Part shown: positions 1-13,284 of the stretch, piece by piece
How the letters are laid out: each line of letters begins with the position of its first letter
How positions within the stretch are numbered: position 1 is the stretch's first letter
Source of the DNA: Candidatus Multivoradales bacterium
Lineage (GTDB): Bacteria > Acidobacteriota > Thermoanaerobaculia > Multivoradales > J023
Length of the DNA stretch: 64,000 nt
Assembly (NCBI GenBank): GCA_965248925.1
Contig: CBDFLE010000006.1
Coordinates: forward strand, 1,504,001 to 1,568,000
Direction: 5' to 3'
Translations under genes and position numbers: made by a program
Notes under the pieces: generated by a model
The model's input: the letters and a program-made list of their open reading frames with translations, nothing else
What the model was told of the DNA's origin: nothing
Database searches by the model: none

Positions 1-1
1 G

Positions 2-535
2 CTGTCGAACGAATTCCGCACCACCTATGGCGAGAAGATCAAGCGACCGTTCGAGATCACGATGAGCGCCCTGCGCGCCGGCGGCGCTGACTTCACCGCC
101 ACAGTCGGAGATAGCGAAACCAGCTCCTTCCTGAGCAATTACAGCCGCGCCGGCCAGCGGCTGTTCCGGTGGCCGGCTCCGAACGGCTATCCGGATGTGC
201 GTGAAGCCTGGCAGAGCACCACCCCGCGGGCGATGACCTGGCGGTTGAGCAGCTGGTTGATCGACTGGGACGACGCCAACGGCAACTATTTCCTCGATGT
301 GGTCGGCCAGACTCCGGCCAATTTCCGCACCGCTACCGAGATCGCCGACTTTTGGATCGGCCGGATCTTCTTCCACTCGATCTCCACCGTCGACCGTCAG
401 GAATACATCGACTTCATGGCTCAAGGCTTCAACCCCGACATCGATCTACCGATCGATTCAAGCTCGAGCGTTGCCGACCGGCTGCGCTCGATGGTCGGCC
501 TGATGTTCATGGCCCCCGATTTCCTCTGGCGCTGA
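2..535 (+). CDS. DUF1800 family protein, C-terminal part (5' end outside window)
   Basis: Frame is open from base 2: ...GEKIKRPFEITMSALRA...GQRLFRWPAPNGYPD..W, the typical DUF1800 C-terminal motifs. It lies directly upstream of a DUF1501 gene, the usual partner. Confidence 0.85.
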   Translation: MSNEFRTTYGEKIKRPFEITMSALRAGGADFTATVGDSETSSFLSNYSRAGQRLFRWPAPNGYPDVREAWQSTTPRAMTWRLSSWLIDWDDANGNYFLDVVGQTPANFRTATEIADFWIGRIFFHSISTVDRQEYIDFMAQGFNPDIDLPIDSSSSVADRLRSMVGLMFMAPDFLWR

Positions 536-578
536 GTCCGCAGAATCCACGCTAGCCAAAGATTCAGGAGATAGACCA

Positions 579-1937
579 ATGTCACAGACTACTCGCCGCG
601 GATTCATCGTCGGCTGCTCAGCGGCCATCGCCGCCATGTCCGGCTCACGTTTCAACACCCTGGCTTTTGGCAGCCCTGGCGACCAGAATTGCGAGATCCT
701 GGTCAGCATCTACCTGCGCGGTGGCGCCGACGGGCTGAACATGGTGATGCCCACCGCTGGCGTCGATCGCGGCCACTACGAAGCCGCCCGACCCGACCTG
801 GCAGTGCCCAACAGCGGCCCGGACGCCGCCTTGCCATTGGGTGGCGGCTTTGGCCTGCACCCTTCGATGGTGGCGATCCACGACCTCTATCAGAGCAACA
901 GGCTGTCGATCATCCACGCCGTCGGCATGACCTCGGATCCTTCGCGCAGTCATTTCGACGCGCAACAGTTCATGGAGCTGGGCACTCCGGGAATCTCCAG
1001 CACCAGCACCGGTTGGCTGACCCGACATTTGCAGTCGGCGCAAAACCTGCCAGCCGAGATCGTCATGCCCTCGGTGGCGCTGGGCAATCTGCAGCAAACC
1101 TCCCTACGCGGCAGCTTCGAGACCGTCAACATGTCCGACCCCGCATCCTTCAATCTCGACACCGGTCCGTCGACTTGGCGCAGCGCCCAGCGCACCGCGT
1201 TGCGACGGCTCTACCGGCAGGGCAATTCCTATCTGCACGAAACCGGCCTGCAGAGCCTCGACGCGCTCGACATCATCGAACTCAACGTCGACAGCAACTA
1301 CAGTCCGGCCAACGGCGCAGTCTACCCAGGCGGCACCTTTGGCAACCATTTGGAAGCGATCGCGCAGTTGGTCAAACTCGACCTCGGCTTGCGAGTAGCC
1401 ACCATCGACCTCGGCGGCTGGGACACTCACAACGGCCAAGGCAACGGTGCCGGCGGCTATTTCGCTGGCCATGTGGAAGACCTGGCGGAAGGGCTCAAGG
1501 CTCTCTACGTCGACCTCGATGGCTCCGGCGCCAACAACTACACCTCACGCTTGACGGTGGTGGTGATGAGTGAGTTTGGTCGCCGGCTGGCGGAGAACGC
1601 CGACAACGGCTCGGATCACGGCTTCGGCAACCTGATGTGGGTGATGAGCGGCAACGCCACCGGTGGCCTGCACGGCCCCTGGCCGGGCCTGCACAATGAT
1701 CAGCTGTTTGACGGTGCCGATTTGGCGGTGACCACCGACTATCGCCAGGTGCTCTCAGAGATTCTGATCCGGCGCATGGGCAACAACCAGCTCGGTACGG
1801 TTTTTCCCGGCCTGCAAACCTACCAGCCACTGGGCATTGTGCAGGGCCCCGACACGCCGCCGATCTTTGGTGAGGACATCTTTGCCGATGGCTTCGAGAC
1901 CGGCGACACGGTCAATTGGACCGCTGCCGTCGGCTGA
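579..1937 (+). CDS. DUF1501 family protein with Tat signal
   Basis: TTRRGFI twin-arginine signal; LRGGADGLN, SRSHFDAQ, GGWDTH, SEFGRR and NGSDHG motifs; AGGAG RBS upstream. Confidence 0.9.
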   Translation: MSQTTRRGFIVGCSAAIAAMSGSRFNTLAFGSPGDQNCEILVSIYLRGGADGLNMVMPTAGVDRGHYEAARPDLAVPNSGPDAALPLGGGFGLHPSMVAIHDLYQSNRLSIIHAVGMTSDPSRSHFDAQQFMELGTPGISSTSTGWLTRHLQSAQNLPAEIVMPSVALGNLQQTSLRGSFETVNMSDPASFNLDTGPSTWRSAQRTALRRLYRQGNSYLHETGLQSLDALDIIELNVDSNYSPANGAVYPGGTFGNHLEAIAQLVKLDLGLRVATIDLGGWDTHNGQGNGAGGYFAGHVEDLAEGLKALYVDLDGSGANNYTSRLTVVVMSEFGRRLAENADNGSDHGFGNLMWVMSGNATGGLHGPWPGLHNDQLFDGADLAVTTDYRQVLSEILIRRMGNNQLGTVFPGLQTYQPLGIVQGPDTPPIFGEDIFADGFETGDTVNWTAAVG

Positions 1938-2004
1938 GCCATCAATGGCCGCTAGGACTCGGGGTAAGCCACAGCCCGTTCGGGTCAATAATCAAAGGGC
2001 GCTA

Positions 2005-5202
<3,198 letters not shown>

Positions 5203-5253
5203 TTACAAGTAATGGCTAGGGGCGCTACGCGCCTCTCCCAGCCGCTGGAACGG

Positions 5254-6756
5254 CTAGTGATCGTGGGTTGCACCGGACTTCAAGATGTCGGCCTTGACAA
5301 GGAAACTGTTCTTCGAAACGTACCTCTGGCCCGCGGAAAGACCGGCCAACACTTCCACCCACTCGCCATCCCGCCGACCTAGTTCCAAGGGGCGGGCTTC
5401 GAACAAGTCTCCGTCCTGGATAAATACGACACTCCAATCCCGTAGCTGCTGGATCGACTCGGGCCGAACGGCCACTGGGACGGTGGTCTCCTCCCGGACG
5501 AGTTGGGTCGTGACGAAGACGCCGGGGCGCCACACCCCCTCAGGGTTGGGTATCGAGACGTGGGCGGTGGCGGTCCTGGTTTCCGCCCCGAGGATGGACC
5601 CCAGATAAGACACTGTTCCCGAGGTCTCGATGCCCAGCACGTCCGACTCCACTCGTACCTCCTGACCGACGCGAACCGATTTCAGATCCTGCCCGTACAC
5701 AGTGACCTTGGCGAGGACCGTGCTCAAGTCCGCAATCTTGAAGAGGTCAGCATAGCCTTCCACCACTTCTCCCAGGGCGACATGCTTCTCGATCACGACA
5801 CCCCGGATAGGCGCACGGAGTTGGTACCGTGCCAGATTCGCTTGCTGCCTGTCGGCGAGGCCCTTGATCTCCGCCGCTAGGAGTCCCAAGGACCTCAATT
5901 TCTGTTGGGCGCCATCGGTGCTGATTTCGGCTTCCTCAAGGGTTTGCTGGGCAGTCAGGTACTCCTCCAGCGCGGATATCCTTTTCGCCCAGAGCTGCTC
6001 TTCCCGCTCAAAAGATGCCTGAGCAAACTTCAGCTGGTGCAGAGCCTGGATAAACACCAACTTGGAATCTGCGAGTTCTTGGCTATCGATGACGGCGATG
6101 ACCTCTCCCCGCGCTACCGCGTCGCCCAAGTTCGTTCGCACTTCCGTGACCACTCCACTGAAGCGCGGCACGACGTGCGCCACCCGGTCGGGATTGAGGG
6201 CGATCTCACCGGGAAGCTGGAAGGCGAGCCGCAGGCGGGCGGGCCCCGCCTCTTCGACGACAATCCCAGAGTCACTAACGGCTTCCGGGCTCATCTCGAC
6301 CCGCGCTTCGATCTGGGAGTACCCCATGCGGTAGGTTCTTCCTCTCCATTTCGCTTCGATTTCAACAGCGAAGGAATGCGGCTCTTCGACCACTTTGTCT
6401 CCGAGGAGATATCCACCCTTTGGCTGGAAGGCGATCACATCAACTCGGCCACCCAGCCTTTGGAGATGGATAGTCAGCTGCACCTCTTCCGGAACAATTT
6501 CCTCGCCGGCTTCGTACAGGTAGACTCGGAATTCCGGGGGCACGCCACTCTCGTAGATGGTGACCTCTATCTGGAGGTCCTCTTCTGCGAGGAGCCGACC
6601 CCGGTGGGGGCCTTTAACCGCATCTGCACTGACCTCTGGCGCAGCGGTATTCCGTGGTCCTGTACCGTTCCCCCCGCAAGAAGAGAGAAGCGGCAGAGTC
6701 AACACCGTTAGCCCGAGAAGTACGCGCTTGGCAGCCGTTCCGTTCATTCTGATCAT
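5254..6756 (-). CDS. czcB: Heavy-metal RND periplasmic adaptor (CzcB-like) with extra N-terminal domain
   Basis: Lipobox-like LSSC, GPHRGRLL domain, APIRGVVIEK and ETRTAT membrane-fusion motifs, His-containing tail SGATHDH; lies between the RND and outer-membrane genes. Confidence 0.88.
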   Translation of the reverse strand: MIRMNGTAAKRVLLGLTVLTLPLLSSCGGNGTGPRNTAAPEVSADAVKGPHRGRLLAEEDLQIEVTIYESGVPPEFRVYLYEAGEEIVPEEVQLTIHLQRLGGRVDVIAFQPKGGYLLGDKVVEEPHSFAVEIEAKWRGRTYRMGYSQIEARVEMSPEAVSDSGIVVEEAGPARLRLAFQLPGEIALNPDRVAHVVPRFSGVVTEVRTNLGDAVARGEVIAVIDSQELADSKLVFIQALHQLKFAQASFEREEQLWAKRISALEEYLTAQQTLEEAEISTDGAQQKLRSLGLLAAEIKGLADRQQANLARYQLRAPIRGVVIEKHVALGEVVEGYADLFKIADLSTVLAKVTVYGQDLKSVRVGQEVRVESDVLGIETSGTVSYLGSILGAETRTATAHVSIPNPEGVWRPGVFVTTQLVREETTVPVAVRPESIQQLRDWSVVFIQDGDLFEARPLELGRRDGEWVEVLAGLSAGQRYVSKNSFLVKADILKSGATHDH

Positions 6757-8165
6757 GGCAAATCTCCGTCTTGTGTTGGCTCTACAGAATCGAGCCGGAC
6801 GCCGATGAGGCGTTCCACGTCGACCACTGCCTTGTGGTAATCCTCAGCCACCCGCAAGTATTGACGGCGTGCCTCGAAAAGGATTCGTTGGGAATCGAGA
6901 ACGTCCAAGAGGCTGAATCTCCCAAGTCGGTATCCTTCGTTGACGGCCTCGAAGGCATTCTGCGCCCCTGGAAGCACGGTGTTCCGAAGGGCCGTTACTT
7001 CCGAATAGGCCGAGGAGAGCAGCTGGTAGCTCTCGGCCAGAGCGACTCGCAGGCGAAGTTCCGTGGCACGGCGTCTCTCCGCCGCTCGCTCCACTTCAGA
7101 ACGCGCTGCGAGGACTTCACCTTGCTTGCGGTCGAAGAGAGGAAGAGGAATGGAGAACCCAACGAGGAGAGCGTCGGTGTCTCGACCGAAGGTCTCGTAG
7201 CGCCTGACTCCGGCTCCCACCGTCAAATCTGGGACACGGGAAGCCTTCGCTAGGTCGACCTCCGCCTGGCGGAATAACACCTCCCCTGCCGAAAGAGACA
7301 GCAGCGGATTCTCAACGAGAAGCTGCGTCAATCGCTGGAGGGCCGGAAAGGTAAAGAACGTATCGAAATCACCTACGACAAATCTAAACAGCGGCTCCGT
7401 GTTCCCCCAAGCCGCGGAGAGAACCTTGCGGGACGAATCCAGCTGCCGCCGTGTTCGATCGAGCCCTATCCGGGCCGTGGAGAGAGCCACGTTCGCTTTG
7501 ATCTCTTCGACAGGAGATTCCTTTCCAGCCTCTACTCTTGCCAAGACCGCGTCGGCGCTCTTTTCCGCGAGCTGCACTATCTCTTGCGCGAGGACGACGC
7601 GTTGCTGTGCGCCCAACACTTCGATGAACGACCTTGAGACTCGGCGCAGGAGGTCGAGACGCTCGATCTCGTAGGTCCACTCGGCCAGGTCTAACTCAAG
7701 AGCTGCAACCTGCTTTCTTGCCGATCGCTTGCCACCTAGCTCGACCAATTGCCCGAGTTGAATCGTCGTCTGAACGCCGCCGGTGATGTCGTCTCGTCCC
7801 GTCCCCAGGTTTTCCACCAGCGTGCTCAGAGACGGATTGGGGAGGAGTCCCGCTTGGAGGACCCTGGCCTCCTGGGCGCGCACGCCCCAGGCGAACTCCG
7901 CAAGGTCCGGACTCCGGAGAAGCGCCAGAGCTATAGCCTGCACGAGTGTCAGCTCCTCGGTTGGCTCTACCGCTTCTGGAGAGCCCGATTCGCGCTCTTC
8001 CAGAGAAGATCCAAGAGCCGCAGCCGTGCCCGGTGGGTGCGGTGATTCCCACCTTCGCAAGTTTGGTTCCTCCGCCAGAGCAGATGCTGCCGGCGAAGAA
8101 AGTAGCAGTAGGAAAAGCCCTGTCCCGCTTAGGAAGCAGAGTCTCCTGTCACTTCGAAAGATCAT
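6753..8165 (-). CDS. czcC: TolC-family outer membrane factor (CzcC-like)
   Basis: Signal peptide; QAGLLPNP, ELGGKRSAR, SIPLPLFDRKQG and YRLGRFSLLDVLDSQR motifs; overlaps the czcB start by 4 nt. Confidence 0.88.
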   Translation of the reverse strand: MIFRSDRRLCFLSGTGLFLLLLSSPAASALAEEPNLRRWESPHPPGTAAALGSSLEERESGSPEAVEPTEELTLVQAIALALLRSPDLAEFAWGVRAQEARVLQAGLLPNPSLSTLVENLGTGRDDITGGVQTTIQLGQLVELGGKRSARKQVAALELDLAEWTYEIERLDLLRRVSRSFIEVLGAQQRVVLAQEIVQLAEKSADAVLARVEAGKESPVEEIKANVALSTARIGLDRTRRQLDSSRKVLSAAWGNTEPLFRFVVGDFDTFFTFPALQRLTQLLVENPLLSLSAGEVLFRQAEVDLAKASRVPDLTVGAGVRRYETFGRDTDALLVGFSIPLPLFDRKQGEVLAARSEVERAAERRRATELRLRVALAESYQLLSSAYSEVTALRNTVLPGAQNAFEAVNEGYRLGRFSLLDVLDSQRILFEARRQYLRVAEDYHKAVVDVERLIGVRLDSVEPTQDGDLP

Positions 8166-8556
8166 GCTTCTACCTCACTCCTTGGTGGATGTTTGGAGGC
8201 GTGAACTCAGGTTCAAGCGTCGCCCATCAAGCCTCGCCGACGGGCTATTCGATGGATGTCGGCCTCTGCGTGCTGCAAGACTTGGGAGTTTAGGGCTAGC
8301 CAGATTCCCGGATTCGAAGCACCTCGAAGGGGGCTTGTCTAGCACTCACGCACTCAAGGCGGCGACGGAGTAGCGATCCTCATCCAAGGCTGTGAGGAAC
8401 TCGGCTACCGATTGCCTTTTTGGGATTCCTGGGCCGCCAAGAGGGCAGCAGAGTTGTCTCCGAAGAAGCGGTTTCAACGAGACGAACGCATACCAGCTCC
8501 CTTCTTTCAGGGTTTGAGAGCCGCGAGTCCAAGGCAGGACTCGTCGCAACCGACTC

Positions 8557-8949
8557 TCAAATCAGAAGCGAACAGTGCGTCGTAAACAGCGGCGGCGGCG
8601 GACCGCGCCGAGCAAGCCACGTTGACGCCCTGGATCTTTCGATCAAGGCAGCGGCGGGAGCTTTCGTGGGAAGGATCGCGTCCAGGGAACTCAAGCTCGG
8701 GCGGGGCGGCAGACTTGGTCCGCGTGCGGTAGCTGGGTGCTCGTGAGTCGGCGCGGTAGCAACATCGTGATGATGACCATGCACCACATCCTGTGCTAGC
8801 TCCGCTATGGAGAGATGGTGCCGCTCATCGCCGAGGGGATGATGATCGAAGGCCACATGAAGGCCAAAAGCTAGTGCGCTTGCCCCAGGGGCGACCCACA
8901 GAATCACGAGGACCAAGGCGACAAGAGGGTGGAGAAGCGAACGGCTCAC
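8557..8949 (-). CDS. His-rich small exported protein ending in RGPP (CzcI/DUF2946-like upstream ORF)
   Basis: From GTG 8949: hydrophobic N-terminus, His clusters (DHH, HHL, HGHHH, HEHP), C-terminal WLARRGPPPPLFTTHCSLLI; same strand and upstream of czcCBA. Start codon uncertain. Confidence 0.7.
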   Translation of the reverse strand: MSRSLLHPLVALVLVILWVAPGASALAFGLHVAFDHHPLGDERHHLSIAELAQDVVHGHHHDVATAPTHEHPATARGPSLPPRPSLSSLDAILPTKAPAAALIERSRASTWLARRGPPPPLFTTHCSLLI

Positions 8950-9671
8950 GGACGCGACTATCTCAGGACGGTGGGTCGTAGTCAAGAATGGCGGCCAAAC
9001 GCTCCGGTTTTCAACTCCGGCCGTGTAGCAGTCCTCCACCGGTCGGCAGGACCCGCGTGCGTGCGTGCGTGCCAAACCCTCGCAACGGACGGCGCGGCGC
9101 TAGCCGGGCACTTGGTGCAAGCGCAGTCCGGCAGGTCTGCCTGATGACTGGCGGCTGTTGGTCTTGCCTGGACTGCATGGCCTGCTCCCATCCCAAAAGG
9201 TGATAGAACCCTGCGGCTCGCGATCTAGGTTAGCCAGATCTGACCGGCTCTGTTGCCGAGTGCTACCCCTCCAGTGCCCTTTTACATAGCGACCGGTGTC
9301 TGTTGGTATGCTAAAAGCATCATGGGCAGGACGGGAACAAACACCAGTCAATCAAACACTTTCGTGGTGTGCCCTGGGATGAAATCAGCACTTAGCCTGG
9401 GCCTTGAAGCGCGTTGATTACCGCCCTTTCAGGGTCACGTTTCGACGCGGCCTCTTTTCCTGCCAAACCCCCTGGCCACCCAGCCGTACTAAACTCCGTA
9501 GTAGGGTTCTGGGAATACTCGCGGTGACTCGCTTCCTCCCGTCTGAGCCACCCACTTCCTATTCCTGTTCCGGCGCGGTTCGTGACCGCCGCCGGACGCT
9601 TCCCTCGCCAACTGGCCGATGCCAGCCAGACTGCTCGTTCCAAGTGCCGACCGCAACAAGGAGCCCTCATC

Positions 9672-12146
9672 ATGCTCGGCGACACCAAGACCCTGGATGC
9701 TTCGGAACTTCCCCCCGCGACTCACCCCGACAAGGATAGCGACCCCTTGCCGCGCGGTGCCCAGCTGGGCCGCTACGTCATCTTGTCGCCGATCGGTCTC
9801 GGCGGAATGGGGCGGATTTACTCTGCCTACGATCCCGAATTGGAGCGCAAGGTAGCGCTAAAAATACTGCGCCGCCGCCTCGCTCACAGCGGCCGCGAGG
9901 CCAGAATTCGATTGCAACGCGAAGCGCAAGCGATCGCCCGCCTGACCCATCCAAACGTAGTGACGATCTTCGATGTCCAGTTGGAGACCGAGCCCGCGTT
10001 CTTGACCATGGAACTGATCGACGGCAATACTCTCGATGTCTGGTTGGCCGAGCGGCCGCGCACCTGGCGCCAAATCGTCGAGGTTTTCCTCGCCGCGGGC
10101 CAAGCCTTGGTGGCCGCCCATGACGCCGGTATCGCCCACCGCGACTTCAAACCTAGCAACGTTATGCTGGCCGCCGACGGGCGGGTCAAAGTGCTTGATT
10201 TCGGGCTCTCAAGAGCTGCTCCCGACTCTCCGAATCCAGCTTTGGGCGACACCCACTCCAGTCCCCTTGAACGCCGACTGACCGACCCCGGAGTCACCGT
10301 CGGCACTCCCGCTTACATGGCTCCAGAGCGTTACCACGCCGACGACACGGGTCCTCTGGCCGACCAGTTTGGCTTTTGCGCGGCCTTCTTTGAATCCCTC
10401 TACGGCGAACTGCCTTTCACCGGTGACAGCCTTGCGGAGCTGCGCCACAATGCTGAACACGGCCGATTGCGCGAGCCGCCGGTAAAGTCGCAGGTACCGA
10501 CCTGGTTGCTGCGCTTGCTGAGACAGGGCCTGGACGCCGACCCTCAGGCCCGTTTCGACTCGATGCGCAGTCTGCTCGAAGAGCTCAAGAGTGGGCTGGA
10601 TCGCCGGTGGCTGCGGGACCTACCCGCTTGGGGCGCCGCCGCTATGGCTTTGTGCATACCGCTAGCCTTCGCTCTGGAGGCCCTCGACAACGGCACCTAT
10701 CGCGACCAGGATCTGCTCTACCGCGACAGCACCGCCGCCCGCTTGGAAGCGATCTGGAATGAACACAGCCGGACCGAGCTACGCGCCGTTTACACCGCGA
10801 CCGGCGGGCTCGAAACCCCTCAGCTCGACCACCTGATCTCAGACCTAGATGCCTATGCCGGTGCCTGGCGGACCACCCTGGACCGCGCTTTCGAAGCCAC
10901 CTATCTCGACGGTGACCAGTCGCAGGAAGATTTCGAGCGCCAAGTCGCCTGCCTCGAAACCCGGGTTCAGGAACTCGACGCCTTGCTCGCCTTGGCCAGA
11001 ACCCAACAGCCCGGCACGCCGTGGCTATCGACCGCCCACCTGCCGGGACCGGCTGGCTGCCTCGACTGGCTAGCGCTGTCGGCACTGGCAGCGCCACCCG
11101 ACCCGGCGGCCAAGGACGGGGTCGAGAAACTGCGGGCGCAGCTCGCGCGAGTGCGAGTATTGCTCGCCAATGGTCGCTGGGACGAGGCCTTGGCGAGCGC
11201 TGAGTACGCCGAGCGAGCAGCTCGCGAGTCTGCCTATCAGCCAGTGCATGGCGAGGCTCTGATGCAACTGGCCCGGGCTCGTGGCCGCATCGAGGGCCCG
11301 GAGAAGATGGTCGAACTGCTGCTGGAGACCGTCGCCCTAGCGCACGAAACCGGCGATGGCAGACTGCTCGCCTGCTCGATGAGCTACTTGATCCAGGCCT
11401 ATACGGCCAACGGCGATTCACCCTCGGCGCACCAATGGGCGCGTTTGGCCGAGGCCGCTATTCACCGTCTCGGCACCCCGCCAAGACTGGAAGCGCGGCG
11501 ACTCTACTTGCTGGGTTTGGCCTACGGTTTTCTCGATGAGGACTACCAGACCGGTAGCGAGCTAATCGGTCGCGCGATTGCCCTGGCACCTAGCGAGACC
11601 CACATCGAACGCTCCACCCAGCTGACCAATCTGGGCAGCCTGTACATCCTGCTCGATCGGCCCGAGGAAGCGCTACAGATGTTGCGCCAAGTCGAGCCCG
11701 ACGGACAGGTGCTCAATGCCAAGCATCACCCCGGCTTTCACGTCTACCTCTGCGCCCGCGGCGAGGCGCTGCGGCTGCTGGGCAAAGCAGAGGCGATCGA
11801 CTACTTTCACCGCTGTGCCGAGCAGCGACGGTTGCTCCTGGGCGAGAACAGCCAGGCCACCGGTGCCGCTCTCGCCCGCCTGGGACAGATTCTAGAGCAA
11901 CACGGATCGGCCGCGGAAGCACGCCCCATTCTGCTCCAAGCCGCCGCCGGCCTGGGCAATTCCGAGATCGTCAGTCCATACTGGGCGCCCTACGCACTGG
12001 ACCTCGCAGAGCTGCTCTTTACCCTCGATATCGACCCTGCTGGCGCCCGCCACCTGGTACGAGCAGCCCGCGCTGGCTTCGAGCCCGAGGACGATCCGGA
12101 ACTCTATCGAGAACTCGACGCCTGGCTACTGCGCCGGGCGGAGTGA
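9672..12146 (+). CDS. Hanks-type Ser/Thr protein kinase with C-terminal TPR-like helical region
   Basis: IGLGGMGRIY, VALKIL, HRDFKPSNV, DFG and GTPAYMAPE motifs; hydrophobic segment then helical repeats. Start ATG 9672 preferred over GTG 9582. Confidence 0.9.
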   Translation: MLGDTKTLDASELPPATHPDKDSDPLPRGAQLGRYVILSPIGLGGMGRIYSAYDPELERKVALKILRRRLAHSGREARIRLQREAQAIARLTHPNVVTIFDVQLETEPAFLTMELIDGNTLDVWLAERPRTWRQIVEVFLAAGQALVAAHDAGIAHRDFKPSNVMLAADGRVKVLDFGLSRAAPDSPNPALGDTHSSPLERRLTDPGVTVGTPAYMAPERYHADDTGPLADQFGFCAAFFESLYGELPFTGDSLAELRHNAEHGRLREPPVKSQVPTWLLRLLRQGLDADPQARFDSMRSLLEELKSGLDRRWLRDLPAWGAAAMALCIPLAFALEALDNGTYRDQDLLYRDSTAARLEAIWNEHSRTELRAVYTATGGLETPQLDHLISDLDAYAGAWRTTLDRAFEATYLDGDQSQEDFERQVACLETRVQELDALLALARTQQPGTPWLSTAHLPGPAGCLDWLALSALAAPPDPAAKDGVEKLRAQLARVRVLLANGRWDEALASAEYAERAARESAYQPVHGEALMQLARARGRIEGPEKMVELLLETVALAHETGDGRLLACSMSYLIQAYTANGDSPSAHQWARLAEAAIHRLGTPPRLEARRLYLLGLAYGFLDEDYQTGSELIGRAIALAPSETHIERSTQLTNLGSLYILLDRPEEALQMLRQVEPDGQVLNAKHHPGFHVYLCARGEALRLLGKAEAIDYFHRCAEQRRLLLGENSQATGAALARLGQILEQHGSAAEARPILLQAAAGLGNSEIVSPYWAPYALDLAELLFTLDIDPAGARHLVRAARAGFEPEDDPELYRELDAWLLRRAE

Positions 12147-12150
12147 AGTA

Positions 12151-13224
12151 CTAAATCCGCATCAACACCGAGCCGTAGTGCAGCCCTGCGCCCAGAGCAG
12201 TGAAGGCCACCAGCGAACCTTCCGCGGCCAGGCCGGCCTGGCGTGCTTCATAAAAACACAAGGGCAGGGTGGCCGAGGTGGTATTGCCGTATTTCTGAAT
12301 GTTGTTGAAGACCTTCGCCGGCGGCAAGCGCATCTGCTTGGCGGCTGCTTCGTTGATGCGCAGATTGGCTTGGTGCATCACCAGCAGATCGAGATCCTCA
12401 AGCCCGTAGCCCGCCGATTCGAGCACCTGGCGGGTGACTTGCGGCATCTTGGTGACCGCCAACTTGAACACCGACCGCCCTTCCATAAAAGGAACAGTCT
12501 CACCACGAGCGATCATTTCCGGGGTAACGAAGGGCCGATGTACCGAACCGCCACCGGGGACATGCAGGATCTTCATGTGAGCGCCGTCGCCGTAGAGGGC
12601 GTGGCCCAGGATGCCGCGATCGTCGGCGGCGTCCGAAGCTTGGAAAACCATCGCCCCGGCGGCATCACCGAAGAGCACCAGCAAGTGACGGAACTGGCTG
12701 TTCCATTTGAATTCTTGCTCTTCGAGCGGTTCTTCTACGCGCCCGTAGAGCACGTCCCAGGTGCGCTCGGAAAAAGGCATCAGACTGGTGTGAACATCGG
12801 TGCCGACCAGCAAGACGGTCCGCGCCACGCCGCTCTTGATCAGCATGTCGACCATCTGCAGGCCGTAGGCAAAACCGGCACACTGCTGGCGAATATCGAG
12901 CGCCGGCAGGGCATCGAGTCCTAGCTTGTGCTGAATCAGGGTGGCGCTACCGGGGAAGTAGTGATCCGGGGTCATCGTCGCACAAACCAGATAGTCGACC
13001 TCGGAGGCCTCGATGCCAGCATCGGCCAGCGCCGCCCGCGCCGCCGCCGTGCCGAGATCGGAGGAGGCCACTCCCGGCTCGACATAGAAACGGGTGCGGA
13101 TGCCGCTGCGCTCGCGGATCCATTGGTCGTTGGTGTCGACAATCCGCGACAACATGTCATTGGATATTTCGAGCGGTGCGACCTCGACCCCGCAGCCTTT
13201 CATGACAGCCCGACTCTGTGCCAT
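12151..13224 (-). CDS. fabH: 3-oxoacyl-ACP synthase III family
   Basis: DIRQQCAGF (catalytic Cys), LFGDAAGA, HQANLRI and YGNTTSAT motifs. Confidence 0.88.
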   Translation of the reverse strand: MAQSRAVMKGCGVEVAPLEISNDMLSRIVDTNDQWIRERSGIRTRFYVEPGVASSDLGTAAARAALADAGIEASEVDYLVCATMTPDHYFPGSATLIQHKLGLDALPALDIRQQCAGFAYGLQMVDMLIKSGVARTVLLVGTDVHTSLMPFSERTWDVLYGRVEEPLEEQEFKWNSQFRHLLVLFGDAAGAMVFQASDAADDRGILGHALYGDGAHMKILHVPGGGSVHRPFVTPEMIARGETVPFMEGRSVFKLAVTKMPQVTRQVLESAGYGLEDLDLLVMHQANLRINEAAAKQMRLPPAKVFNNIQKYGNTTSATLPLCFYEARQAGLAAEGSLVAFTALGAGLHYGSVLMRI

Positions 13225-13284
13225 CTAGCCCCCTGTTCTTGCGGCACCGCGGTTGCGCCATGCCTGGTTTCTGCAAAATTGGAT

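Noticed and set aside
9362-9385. TGGTGTGCCCTGGGA resembling a tRNA 3' end (att remnant) or a group II intron 5' end
   Set aside because: No T-loop consensus, no second copy, and no integrase or reverse transcriptase; too short to support.
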